Positions 39,816 through 52,830 of a stretch of DNA of 64,000 nt are shown piece by piece. Below the pieces are notes generated by a model that searched no databases, had not been told where the DNA came from, and saw nothing but the letters and a program-made list of their open reading frames with translations. Position 1 is the first letter of the stretch. Every line of letters begins with the position of its first letter. The DNA lies in contig RSEE01000040.1 of the NCBI GenBank assembly GCA_003971905.1, positions 124,001-188,000 on the forward strand, given 5' to 3'. This DNA is from Moniliella sp. 'wahieum'. Taxonomy: Eukaryota. Position numbers and translations under genes: made by a program.

Positions 39816-40852
39816 TTGTGATGTGTACCAGGGCTGGGTAGGTCGGCTACCCCTTCCTTCCCTCGGCCCTTTTCTTGGCCCGCGCGCCCAAACATTGTCT
39901 TACTCGCTCTGGCGTCGCGGACACCCCGCACGCTCTTGGGCCCTCGTGTCTCCCACACCAGACGGGCCGCAGGGCGATGTGCGGGCCTGCTGCCCTTGTC
40001 CCTTCCCCTTTACACCTTATCTGCCCACTTCTGGGTCTCTTTCTTCCCCTTTTTTTTCATCCCTCATCGATCATCCCGGCTGCCAGCTGTACTTTTGGGA
40101 GGGGACGGAAAAGCTGAGCCTTCGGCAGTGGACTTTCTTGTTGTGGGCTGATGAGTACGTTGTGTGGGTTGCTGGCGTAGATGTGCAAATACCTATGCGA
40201 AATGCGGTGCTCGTATGCCGCCTCCATTAGCGTTAGCGCTGGAGCCTGCTGGATCTAGCAGTGACTCGGACACAGCGGATTGATTCGTAGCATCAGATCG
40301 GGTAGGTTTTCGGGCAGAAGGAAGAGAAAGGTGATTGTCCAACGGGTAATGTTTACCCCGCAGATATGTGCCACACTCTCCGCGGCGAGCTATTCAATTC
40401 AGCACTGAGTGGCTGAGCGCTGATCTAATCGTTAATCATTAATCAGGAGCGGCAAAGATCATTGAGATTGTCATCGACCATCGATCATCCATCTGCCCCA
40501 TCTCAAGGCTTTGGGCGATTGGCTATCGATCGACGCACAACACTGGGCAACCTGGGGCCACACCTTGCATGCTCCTGTCCCGCACGCCATCGCCACTGCT
40601 ACATCCATTGCCATCGCCATCGCCGTCATCCAACCCATCGTCCGCCACGCATCCCACCTAGTAGGTGGTCGATTTCTTGGCGCTAATGGGAGCGGTGCTG
40701 TGTTAGCAGCGCTGCCAGTTGTGCTGACGGCGCAGCTCTTGGCGTTGCTGGCGCAGTTCTTGGTGCGGTCGGCCTGCGCCACAGCTTGCCACACCTTGGT
40801 TTGCCCTGTATTCCATCCTCTCGTACCACTCGGCTGCAGCTGCATCCCAGCG

Positions 40853-42338
40853 ATGGGAGCAGAGCCTGGAGCAGCGGCTGAACACAGCGCTCGTCGGTGC
40901 GCCCGCCCTGGGATGGCGAACCTGGTTTGCCCGACGCGCCCCTCCCAATAAGGTGCCGCCCCTTGCTCCTCTTCCTCCGTTTACGGCAGAGGGCGGGACG
41001 GGGATTGAAGACCTCTCCTTCTTTCCCGCCGAAATTCAACTGCAGATTCTCTCCCACGTAGCCAGCCCGCTTCTGGGCCGCCAACCGGGCAAAGTGATGT
41101 GCTCTCTCGCGCCCACCTCCACCATTTCCAGCGCAAGGTCTATCGCTGTCTTTGTCTTCCTCGGCCGAGGCGGTGGAGCTGGTACGGCGAACGGTAGTGC
41201 TATACAACCCGGCGCTGGGGGAGCTGGTGCAGCGCGTCCAACTGCCTCCGTCGCTACTACCTCCGCGACGCGCCATGCACCACCCGTCTGGCCCGCAGGG
41301 TCCACGCCCACGTCCACCAATCCACCTGGCACGCCCTTTGGCCTACCTGGCGCCGGCTGCTTACCTTGCTGCTCCGCACCCTCTCTCACATCGATCTCCC
41401 GCCGCCGCCGCCATCACCACCGCCATCGCCCCCTCCCGCGCTCGACCACACCACCCTCGCGCGCCATGTAGAACAGATTCTGCTCGCCACTCGATGGGTG
41501 GAAGAACTGTGCCTTGATGGGCACAGTGCTCGGGCCTTGGCTGCTGCAGGCGTGTTTGCTCGTCTGGGCCAGTCGGCTACCCGCGGCCCCGCTCGCTCGT
41601 CACTGAGGTCGTCGCCCCGTCTGGCGGAGCGGGCTTTGGCACTGGCTTTGGCACCGGCTTCGATCTCGGTCCCGGACCTGCTCCCCTTGCTCCCCCCCCG
41701 CTCGCTCGACTGGGAATCCACCGACGCTGGCACCCTCCTCGCCCTCCCCCTCTTCCACAAAGTCCAGCACCTCCACCTCACCCTCCCGTCTCTCCGCCAT
41801 CCTTTGCCCACCGTCTCATCGCTGCCCTCCCCCACCTGCAGACTCTCACGCTGCACTGCTCCCGTCTCCTGCCCTTGCCCCACCCTCACCTTGGTTCTTC
41901 CTTCCCCTGTCCCATCCCAACTGACGATCGAACCCGCCTCTCCCCCACCCCGCCAAGTCCGCGACTGGCTCACCTCCCTCGCCCTCCTCCCGCGCACCTT
42001 GGACGACCCATCCTCCCCCCACCCCCGCCACCTGTACCACGCTGCACCACCTCACCCTTCTCGTCCCCGCCCCTCTCGCCTATCTTGGCTCCCACCTGGC
42101 CAACGTGCAGCCGGTGCTCCTCTCTGGCCTGAACCCGCGAAGCAAGAGACCACATCGGGGGATGGGCCACGTTCCCTGCGTTCCTACATTGCTCCTGCTT
42201 CTACTTTGGTTTCGAATGCTGCGTTGGCTCCCGCCTCGTCTGCCGTTGGCTCTGCTTCTGCTTTGAGTTCCACGTCTCGCCTGGCCCTAGCCCCCGCGCT
42301 TGCTCCTGCTCCTGTCCTGCTCCTGATCCTGCTCCTGC

Positions 42339-42400
<62 letters not shown>

Positions 42401-42427
42401 GCTCTTCCTCGGCATCGCGCCGGGTAA
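40853..42427 (+). CDS. Hypothetical protein with an N-terminal F-box-like motif
   Basis: IEDLSFFPAEIQLQILSHVA followed by ELVRRTVVLY and HVEQILLATRWVEELCLD. Frameshifted. Confidence 0.45.
42299..42400 (+). repeat. (CTCCTG)n hexanucleotide microsatellite
   Basis: Tandem ctcctg units, pure at about 42339-42400. Confidence 0.9.
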
Positions 42428-42619
42428 GCCCCGGATGCAGACTTGGCTACCAGACCGCTTAGCGCAAGTATGGGCATGCTAGACTCCAATTCATCTAATT
42501 CGGTTGCAGTGGGTGGTGGATGGGGGGGGCAGTGCGGACATGGGCATCCACACTGCCCGTCCAGACAAGAAGCAACGTGCATTGGTATATGGAGGAAGGC
42601 GGAAACACTGGTAGGCGCA

Positions 42620-45600
42620 GTAAGGGGGAGTGGGGAGAAGAGTAGGGCAAGCCCCGCGCGCATCGGTATGGTAAGCAACCAAGGGAACGAGTCAGGTCGT
42701 TGCCACCTTATCAACAGACGCCGCACCGCGTCAAACTTGAGCCGTCTCGGCCCGGCAGGAAGGCGGCGGGTAGGGCTCTTGTTCCCCGAGCCCGAGCCAG
42801 CCCGAGCTGGCGATCAGTCCACCCTCTTCCTCTTCCAACGGCGCATCGCCAGGTGGGCACCTAAGGACCGTCGGGACAGGACAGGCGCCGAACGCTTGGT
42901 GAGCAAGCGCAGCGCTTCCCTCGACCTGCGCTGGGCCAATCGCGCGGACTGGTATCGTGCTCGTGCTCGGACACGCCGGGCGGGGTCACGTCCCAGCCGC
43001 GTACGCCCATTCGGCTCCACCAAGCCCGACACCAACGCCGCCCCCGCGGGAGTGGGTAGATGTTGTTGGTTGACATGACATGGCGCAGCGCACGGTCCCG
43101 TCGCTGCTCCTGGCCCAACGAAACGCGCGTACGCTGTACCGGCGACACGGGAGGCGATTCAGACCCCGGGCCCACCAGGGCAGGGACAGGAGCAGGAGCA
43201 GGAGCAGGAACGTACCAAGGTCCAAAGACGATCGTCGTTCAGGTCCCAGCGTGCCGGCTGCCGACGGCAGTGGACGGGCCAAGGCAAGGTAGACGAAGCG
43301 AGCGGCGTGCGCTCTCCTTCCCCCGCCTCCTCCTTAAACCCGTCCTCCTGGGCCGCTTCTCCGACTTGCCCGAACCTTTTCGCCCCGCAAGGGGCCACCG
43401 GAATACAATGGGGGTAGCACGTCACTGGCATACGCCACTGCCGCGCAACCCACCGGCCTTTCCTTCTTTCGTTGGTGGGTGATGGAAGAGGTAGATGAGG
43501 AAAAATCCAAGGGTGCCACTCTCGGTACCCGGGTTCCACTCCCTTCCTTCCTGCTTTAGGCGAGCGCTGAGCAGAGAGGAGGAGTGCCAGGGAGCTGGGT
43601 GGCGGGAGATCCCAATGCGCACCATTCCAGGAGAGGGGGAGGCGAAGAGAGACGGTGCTAGGGAGGCAGGAACAGGGGTAGAGGTAGGGGAAGGGGCAAT
43701 GGTAGGGGCAGACGCAGAAGCAACAGAAGAAGCGGTGGCTGTGCCCACTAAGCCTGCAGGAGAGAGGGCACAAAGGGAGCGGACAAGGTGACGCAAGACG
43801 ATTGGGACGCGGGCGCTCGCGGTCAAGCCTGGCCAAGAGCTGCCAATTGCTGAGCAAGGCTGAGGGTGGTGCCATCGTCCAGCTGGACGTCCATGTTGGG
43901 CGCTCGGCCTTCTGCTGCGCCCTGACCTCGCTCGAGGATGGCCGCGGCCTGAGCTGCTGCGGGCAGAGGGTTAGGTGGGACAAACATCGAGGTGTCTCCG
44001 CACCGATCCTGCACTTCCGTGCCTCATTTTGGGGCGGGGCGAGCGCGGCGTGGTGGTGCGGCTGTTGCTCGCGTGGGTGCTGGTGGTAGTACTGGTGGAA
44101 GGCATAGTACAGGTGCGGCCCCATCTTGAACGGACCTGAGGCCGGCAGGTGCTCGAAAGACCTGTCCTTGGCGAAGCGAAGTGCTGGGTCGGCTAGGTAC
44201 CGAGGTGACCCAAAGACGCGCCTTCAAGAAGCACGGGAGGGGAGGATATGTGGATGAAGACTGGGGGGAGAGAAAGGAAATTGGGCGCCAACTCTTCCCA
44301 TTCGTCCTTCGCACCCATGTCATTCGATGCCGTCATGGTCTCCTTCACAGTGGAAAAAAGACCGGAACAGAGCTGGGACGAAGTGGAGTTGCCACTGCCC
44401 GCTGGCAGGCGAATAGCAAATCCGTTTCCCCGCTGCCATGGCGTAGGTTCTCCTTGGGGTCTCGGAGGGGATGTCGAGGAACAGGCCCGGAGCTGCTGGC
44501 ACTGCCGCTGACGGACGATAAAGCCGCCGAAAGGGGGCGAGAAGAGGTTGGAGTAGGGCTGTCGGGAATGGTCGAGTCCTTGCCTGGCGCATCAGGTGTA
44601 TTCGATGTGACTGCCGCGCTGGCTATGCTCCGTTGCTGAGGTAAAGGCGGAGGCGTGTCCCGCCTCCACGATGCTCGTCGGTAATGATGGGAAGTGACGG
44701 GCGTCGGGGGCGGGACGAGCTAGTTGTGCGTATTTGGGGTTGTGGTCGGGGTGGGCTGGGAGCAGTCGGGACGGGTGGGAAAGAGTCGACCGCCGCTGGC
44801 CCCTGGCTTGTCTCTCCCACGGCCAAAAGAGCACTGTCGGGCAAGACCGGGAGGATGGCCAAGCGATGCCGATCGGTTTGGGGTCTGAAGGTGGCGCGAG
44901 GGGAAGAGGCAGTTGGGGTGGGGGCGGTGGGGACACTGGAGGAGGGCATGGAGGGTGAAGGCAGGGAGGGGAAGAGGACCGCAAGTTCGGTGGCGTGGGG
45001 CGTAGCAGGCAAGGCCAGGGCTCCGGTGGTGTGGTTGGAAGGATGCGAGCGCAGGCTGGCCAGCGAGGGCATCTTTGCCACGCGACAGAGCCCTGATCCG
45101 CCGGATGCACCCAATGGGGTAACCGTCGCCGATCCGCTGTTCCTGCGATGGCGCGACATCATGGAGGAGGCAGAAGAGGACACCACGTCCGGCAATGCGT
45201 TCAAACGAGCGGGCGGGCACCAAGCGGTAGCGGCGGGTGCTCGGCGAGGGAGGCCCACTGTCGGGGGGACTGCCATGAGTCGATACGAGCGAGGGCCGCC
45301 GCGAAGGGTCGGAAAAGTCGAACGGATCGCACAAGGAGAACGGATCGCTCAAGCCGCTGAACAAGACACAGAGCATGGCAGGGCTCGCTAGGGAGCGGGG
45401 GGTGGCGCCATTCTCGTCGGCGGCGGCGATGTTGGCGCCGGCCTGGACTAGCAAGTGTACGACGCCCGTGTGGCCGTTGGCAACGGCGAGGTGGAGCGGG
45501 GTCGCGCCGACGGGCACGGTGAGGGGCGAGAATGCAAGGGGGGATCAGCCGCAGCGGGGGACGAGGAGGTGGATGCCGAGCACGCCGACGGGGTGCGCAG

Positions 45601-45829
45601 GGGGGGGCGGGGCAGGCTGACGGTGGCACGGTGGGCGAGGAGGAGGGCGACAATGGACGCATATCCGGCGGCCGCAGCGGCATGGAGAGGTGCGAGCCCA
45701 TCGACGAGCGTGTCAGGGGAGCGGCCGGCAGCGAGCGCGGCGCGGACGGCAGGCTCGTCGCCGGCCAAGGCGGCGGAGACGAGCTGGCGCGGGTGGCCGA
45801 CGCTGCTCGGGGTGGGGCGCCGGCACCAT
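42620..45829 (-). CDS. Ankyrin-repeat protein with a long low-complexity C-terminus; 3' end approximate
   Basis: LVSAALAGDEPAVRAAL, GLAPLHAAAAAGYASIVALLL, GATPLHLAVANGHTGVVHLLVQAGANIAAADENGATP. Confidence 0.8.
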
Positions 45830-47715
45830 GGGGGGGAGCAGGGATGGCGGGAGGGATGGCGGGGTGGCCGGGCGGAGGGGTGGAGGGGAGAGGCCGGGGG
45901 GGCGAGGAGGCGGCGGGGGTGCTGGCTGTGGCGGAGCAGGCGGAGCAGGGCGGCGGAGTATGTTTGTGCTGCGCTGCGCGCTGCAGGGTGCTGCAGGCTG
46001 CATCCAGGGTGTGTGCCTGGCAGCCTGCAGGATGGCCGGTGCTGGCTGGTGCTGGCTGGTGCTGGCTGGACTGGGATTGAATATTGGATGGTATTGCCGG
46101 CCTTGCGCATTGCGCGTGCGCTGGCCAGGGTGCGGGCTGCGCGGGGGGGGGGCGGGGGCAGGCAGGGGCAGGCAGGGGCAGGGGCAGGGGCAGCGCTGGC
46201 GCTCGGCAGTGCTCTGCAGTGCCCCGGCACAGCCACAGCTGGAGCACTTGCTAGCGCGTGTCCGGAGGCGCTAGGGCCTAGGGCCTAGGGGCTCATGCAC
46301 TCACGCGCTTATGCGGGGCGAAACTGAACTTCAATCGTTCAACGTCGCTGTTCGAGAAATACGCCTGAATCTTATCTTGGCAAGCATCAGGCACGTACAC
46401 TTCTGTTCCATGTATATCCTCCACCAGTCCGTGACCCTTTGTTGTGCCACGGCCCAGGCTCAGATTTCCCAGGTATGGCCCACGTGTATAGTCCTGATCC
46501 TGGTTTAGGGCTACCAGCTACGTACCGGAAGGTGGTGCACGAGGAAAGCGTCGCAAAACACATTGTACGAAATGCCCTTCTGCGGCCGTAGTGTTGTGTG
46601 GGCAGGAGGCTCCTCATCACAAGGTTTTATTCTGCTCCTGCAACGCTCTCTCGCTGATTATTTTGCCCGACGGACTCTGTTATGTCGCTTTTGATGAGGG
46701 CATGTGCCCTCCTCCCGCATCGCCGTCCCTTCACTGGCAATGCCTCCCTCTCGCAGGCGAGTTGAAACCATCCCCTCTCGACACATGCTCGTGGAGCGAA
46801 AGGTAGATCAATTCCCACAGGAGCATGATCCATTTTCGGTCATAATCAATTAGGTCGACCCTCTCTTCAATTCCATATCGTCAGCATAGACTCTTTCTCG
46901 AAAGTGCCGCCTCGATGATCCTGGACAAACCCCTCATATGCAGGAAAGGAAGATATTCCCTGAATCTCATCGGCGAGCTGTGGCGACTATTGAAATGCGG
47001 AGGGAAGGAAAGGCCAAAGGAATGATGGATGGCTGGGCCCTGAGTACAGGCTAGTGGGGAGTCGGGGTACGTGGAAAAGGAGACATGATATGAGAAGAGA
47101 TGCGATGGGACGTGACAGAGTGGTAAGAGATGCTCGGGGAGAAGCAACACGAGCGTGGTTAGAATGAACAGGAAGAGCGTAAGCGCACATACGCTTCGTA
47201 GCTGGAGTCGCGGTGATCCATTGCACCATCCATCTCGAGTGAGAGTGCGCTCAAGCGGATACGTAAGGAGGAGCAAGGGCGACGCCGACGCCGACGTGGC
47301 AGAAGCCATGAGAGGGAGTTACTGGGTGGATACCAAGGATCATCAAAATGGACGATGGACGCCCGCTTGTCTTGACGGGATTTCTCGGAGTCTTGGGCCC
47401 CTTCGGGCGTATCTGAGGAGTGCAGGGGCACACGAGGCTGGTTCGATCCAGGCGATCCAGGCGATCCAGGCGCGGGGGGGGGCGGAGGAATACGAGCGGC
47501 CTTGCATGAAGGGGTACCAGAGGAAAACGCAGCATGTTGTGGAGGTGGTGGCCCCTCGTTGTGGCCCGATCGTGCCGAGGAATAGTAGTCCCCACTCTGT
47601 GGGGTGCAAAGACCAGAGACGGGACGGCGTGTTCTGTAGTCCGGCGTGTTGGCTAGGGCCTCGGCAGGGAGTGAATTACGCGCAGTTGACAAGTGTCGGG
47701 GAGAAGTATACCCCA

Positions 47716-49556
47716 TTAGGAAAGTGTGCCCCTGGGGGGCGCCTTTTCGGTTGGAGGGCCCGGTATCGCGGCGGGGGCCCAGCTAGTGTGTCGGTGGAGA
47801 GCGAGATGAGAGGGCTCCTTTGGCAAAGAATCAGTCCCGCCCCGGACTTGATAGGAAGCTCTTCCCTTGATAGAGCCCAGGTTCCCCAGAATCGACAGTA
47901 TCGTCCTCACCGTGGATGCTCGTCGAGATATCAGCACTGGCACGACGGCCCGAGTCTACGTCAACGCGAAACTCGCGATGGCGCTTGCGCCCAGCACAGC
48001 CCTTGACAAATCACATAACCAATGTTAGAGTCAAACGCAAGAAACAGAGCATGAACGAAAACGTACTTTGACGAGAATATGGCGGTTTAGTGCGTCTTTG
48101 CGGGTAAATGGCTTTTGGCACTCGGGGCAGGCAAACGGTTTGGTGCTCAAGTGGATTCGGCAGTGCCTTCGCAAGTCGTGGTTCCGGGCAAATGCAGCAC
48201 CACAGGAAGTACACTTGAACGGCCGTGGCGGCCCTGCAGTTGATGTGACTGGCTGAGCATGCGATGGCGGTCGAGGCGGGGGTGGGCCAGCTGGGGAGGG
48301 AATGGCTCCCGAGGGTAAATTTGGGTAACTGCTAGCCCATCCGAGGCGCTCATGTGGCGATGCGTAAATCTTGGATGAATCGGGAGGGTCGTGCATAAGA
48401 GAGCCAGGGTGAGGAGAAGGCAGGTACGACAAGGACTCCGCATGATGTTGTTGCGGAAACTGTGAGATATGCGGCTCGGACTCCTGCCATCGCATCAGAG
48501 CCCGGGGAGGAACGTCACCACCAGGCAAGGGTAGGCCAGCAGGGGAGACGCGAAGGGTTGGGTCGTGATCCCGGAAGCGGCGCGGATGAGAAGGGTAGGG
48601 AAAGTCCGCGGGGTGGTCATGATACGCAGAAGAATGCGGGAGAGTATGCCATCGATCTGGGGTCGGGCCTGAAAAAGATGAACGCGTGTAGCGATGCACC
48701 TGTGAGTCGCGACTGGCGGAGGCAGATTGGGGGGTGTAGGCGGGGGCGTAACCTGGGGCGTATGTCATGCGTCGTTGGGGACCAATTGAGGAGGGGACGG
48801 GGCCGTAGCGGGCACCTTCAGCATCATTACCCGTGTAAACGGGCGAAAGGGAAACATGAACGGCGGAAAAATGCCTAGGATGGGTGGGGGCGGACAGAGG
48901 AGGGAGACGCGGCAGAGAGTCGGACGGACCATCGTGGGCGGTACCGCTCGGCCGGGACGTAACGGAAGGCAAGGGGGTCAGGTATCCGGCAGGCACACCG
49001 GAGGCTCCAGAAATGCTGGTACGCGGACTTGGGTTGGACGTCACGTCGTCACGACGAGCAGGACGAGTGAGGGAAGAGGGACGCGAAGAGCGGTTTGGAG
49101 TGGAGGAGAATGTGTAGGTACCGAGTCCGCCAGAATGCCTCTCGATGCTACGCTCACGGGGGTGGGGAGTGCCATAATGTTCAGCAAAGCCAAATCCTTG
49201 AACCAGAGAAGGCAGACGACCGCGAGAAGCAGGAGCAGAGGGTGGATGTGTGTCGCGGAGGAGACGGCGAATGGTGTGTGGGTGTGTGTCTTTGGCTGAG
49301 GGGAGACGGGCCCAGGAGGAAGAGCGGTGGGAGAAGCGGGAGCGGCACCGGAAGCGGAAGCAGAAGTAGAAGCAGGGGGACGAGCTGGAGTTGCCGAGAT
49401 TGAGGTAGAGGTTGAGGTAGAACCGGAGCCGAAACCGGAGCCGAGACCGGGACCGGGCCCAGGATGGGAGCCAGAGTCAGGGCCTTCGCGTTTGGCGCCG
49501 TGCGAGAGGGAGGAGGGGCGCACAGGCGTGTCAGCGTCTTCGCTTGGCATCGACAT
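47716..49556 (-). CDS. C2H2 zinc-finger transcription factor (two C-terminal fingers); ends approximate
   Basis: RPFKCTSCGAAFARNHDLRRHCRIHLSTKPFACPECQKPFTRKDALNRHILVK followed by a gtacgt intron donor at about 48066. Confidence 0.85.
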
Positions 49557-52019
49557 GTGAGATGGAGACGGAGATGAAGGTATGGTGGTGGCGTCGTTCT
49601 GTCTTCCACGGGTGCGTGCGACCGGGATCGGCTGGTTGGGAGTACGTGGCCGTCGCATGCAATGCGGCTGTTCTAACGTACAAGTGTTGGGGAGTTACAT
49701 ATTTACGGTCCCCTAGTGTTGGTGACATGGTGACAAGAGACACGAGGATTTGAGAATGGCAGGCAGGCGCCGTCCCAGGCGAACGAGGCGAGTCTCGGGG
49801 AAAAAAAAAATTGCGCGTTTTATTTTATTCTCCGCCATGCGCCGATGCATGATGCTGCGGCGGAGGCGTGGCAGGTGATGGGCGATGCATGATGCGCAGG
49901 ATGCGCTGATGTGATTTGTTGTGTTCGGCTGCCCCGACCTGAGCCATGTTGGCGCATGGCAGGGGGCACGGGGGCGCTTGAGCCAGGGGCCGACTGATGT
50001 CCACACGTCACATGTCGCGTAATGCATGTCAAATGTCACCTGTCACATGTCACATCTATCCAGCCTCGCGCCCTCCTGGCAGAGCGTGTGTTGCGCAGTG
50101 CCCCATTGCAGCGTGGGCCTTGGAGGGCAGTACGAGTTCGCTTTGTGTACACAAGCTTTAAGCTTTACAGGTTTACCAGGCCAATGGATCTGGTAGCACC
50201 GGGCACTCCAGCACACTGCCCGCAGTAAGTACTTCTCCGTGCGCGGATCTTCTTGACCAACAAAGTTATCGATTATCGGAAGAAACACCCGACTTTGCTT
50301 CAAGCTTCAAGCACAAAAGCTTTTCATCAAGCTTCGATATCCTTCATTGATCATCATTTTACTCACACAGCATCCCCGCAACGTCTCCCCGCCCCGCAGT
50401 AGAATATGCCACACGACAAGCCATGAAGACTATGTAGTGCTCGTGTAGGCATCATGCACTGGCCACGGGCCTGGTCAATACTGGAAGCCTATAAGCTTTC
50501 AGGCGTTTTTGTATATTACCGAGGCTTAGTAAGACCAAAGGGCCTAAGGCCTAAGGCTGTATATCAAGGGCAGGAAGGCTAAACAGACCAAGTTAACGTC
50601 GCCAACCATGCTCCAGAACCCGAGTTTTGAGAGAAGAGACATGCGAAGATTGGCCAGGTGGAAAGTGAGATCGAATGAGAATCAGGGACAAGGTGTAATA
50701 GGGTAGGCGGCATATGGTAGGAGCGCATATGCATCGAGGTGGACTCAGCTCTCGAGTTTCCCCTTCCTTCTGAAGTATATATACCTCAAGTCCGTCCAGA
50801 TATGGAATTAATCTACTTTCCCTCTTTTATCTCGCGTTTCCTGTGAACCGCCTCTTCCGGTATACCTTCAGCCCGGATGACTTATATGAAGGGTTTGATG
50901 TATTTTGTATGGCATGCATGTCAGTTGAGACTGAGCGAGGAGCAGACCAAAATGTGGAGTCGACGACGGGAAGATGGCAAATCGCTAAAGGGTAAGAGGA
51001 ATAAAGTCGGAGAAACACATTGCCAACAAACACACTGCAAGAGAAATTGGGGGGTGAATAAGGCGAGATGCGTGCGACAAAATGTTGGAATGGGCTACTA
51101 CACAGTCACCTCTCCGAGACTTTCCATCGCTACCGCAGCAACTGTCTACGCCAAGCAACCGCTTCCCCCAACGGAGAGGTGTAGATCGATCCTCCCTCTG
51201 CTCTCTTACTTTCCCCGCCATGCGCCTATTTCTTTTCTCGTTAGCGATCCCTCCAAAAAGATCATATAGCCGGGGGAAAATCAGGGGGTGCAGAAGGGGT
51301 TGTCCACTTTGCGAGGCGGAGGGGAAAAGTCTGTGTTGAGTGAGGGTAGAAGAATAAGTAGGTGACTACAGAGATGAAAAAAGCCCAGGAAGTGATAACA
51401 AAAAAACATACAACCCAGGCAATACAACAAGGAAAAATTGCCGAATGTGTGCCATATGCAACAGCTTCCTTATATCAGTCTCCGCACGCTGCATTGGGTC
51501 TCTTCCCCCACGACACCATCTCATCGAAAAGTGAGGATGCACCGCTCATGAAAGATGATTGATCGCGATAAATACATTTTCGTTTACTATAGTTCTCCAG
51601 GTATCCGCGCCCGTTTCCACCAACAGCCTGACCACCTTCCTCCAGCAAGTGGTGCAGCAGAAGCAAACCTTTGCTGAGCAGCAGAGGTGCATACTATTGA
51701 CTTTGATAGGCCTTGGGCCCTAAGGTTCAATCAACAGTAGTTCTGTTGACACCAAGCGATATGGAGCCGGTGTCCATGCTGAAGTGGGCAGATTGGGGCT
51801 CTTCATTCCGCCGGCAGAGCGGAAGACGGAAATGAATTATTTCTAAGCCGGCCATCCTCTTGCCGGGGGCAGTGTATCGCAGAAGCTAGTGGGGTGCCGG
51901 TAGGGTTGCTGCACCACATCTCGGGTGTGTTCGCGCCTGGACGGCGGCAACACCATCTTCTGCCCTCCGCCTCCTTGTCCTTTGTCCTGCCCCTGCCCCT
52001 GCCCCTGTCCCTGTCCGCC

Positions 52020-52518
52020 ATGCTTTCCGGTGTCGTCCGCTCAGCCGTTGTTGCCCGTGCTGCCACGCGCGCTGCTCTTCCCGCTGCGCGCCGCCCTGCC
52101 GCTCGTGCGTTTTTTTTTTCTCTCCCTGATCCTCCCCCTTCTTCGCCCCAACTAACCCTTCCCCCTGCCAGTCTTTGTTCGCAACTACTCCGCTCACCAC
52201 GAGGAGGAGACGTACGAGGAGTTCACCGCCCGCTACGTTAAGTTCTTCAGTGAGGCTGAAGATCTGTTCGAGGTCCAGCGCGGCTTCAACAACTCCTTTT
52301 CATACGACCTGGTCCCCTCGCCCGAAGTCGCTGAGGCTATCATTCGCGCCGCGCGCAGGGTCAACGACTACCCAACCGCTGTTCGTGTATTCGAGGCTCT
52401 TAAGGCCAAGGTAGAGAACAAGGAGCAGTACCAGCAATACCTTGACGTCCTCGAACCTGTGCGCAAGGAGCTCGGTGTTACGCTCAAAGAGGAGCTCTAC
52501 CCTGGCCTGGCCAAGTAA
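52020..52518 (+). CDS. COX6: Cytochrome c oxidase subunit VI (COX5A family); intron 52105-52171; not captured by the ORF track
   Basis: R/A-rich presequence MLSGVVRSAVVARAATRAAL, then HEEETYEEFTARYVKFF..DLFEVQRGFNNSFSYDLVPSPEV..RAARRVNDYPTAVRVFEALKAKVEN..YQQYL. Confidence 0.95.
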
Positions 52519-52830
52519 TCTTCCCCGCCCTGATCGTGAGCAATCGATGTGGTCCATCTGGGCGACCCAAGGCATACCAGGCATGGCAATTACAATCATC
52601 CATGTCAACTGCGCTAGGATAAGCGCAAATGCTCCATTTGGCAGAGTTGACAGTAAACCCAGGCAAAACTGGTGCCGCTACCCCCTGGCTGTAGGGGAAG
52701 CGCATAACATGTGCATCATCTGGACAGCCTGTTACTAGTTGCTATCGCTAGGTTTACTTTGGTTTCCTTGAAGCTGCTGGAGAAGGGACCTGTCAAGAGA
52801 AGGAGGCCGGATCTGGCAAAATTTGGGGTA

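Noticed and set aside
44684..46288. Long + strand G/R/A-rich ORFs
   Set aside because: Antisense shadows of the GC-rich ankyrin gene and its leader.
50340..51800. Short ORFs between the C2H2 gene and COX6
   Set aside because: No recognisable motifs or coding bias, so a gene cannot be supported.
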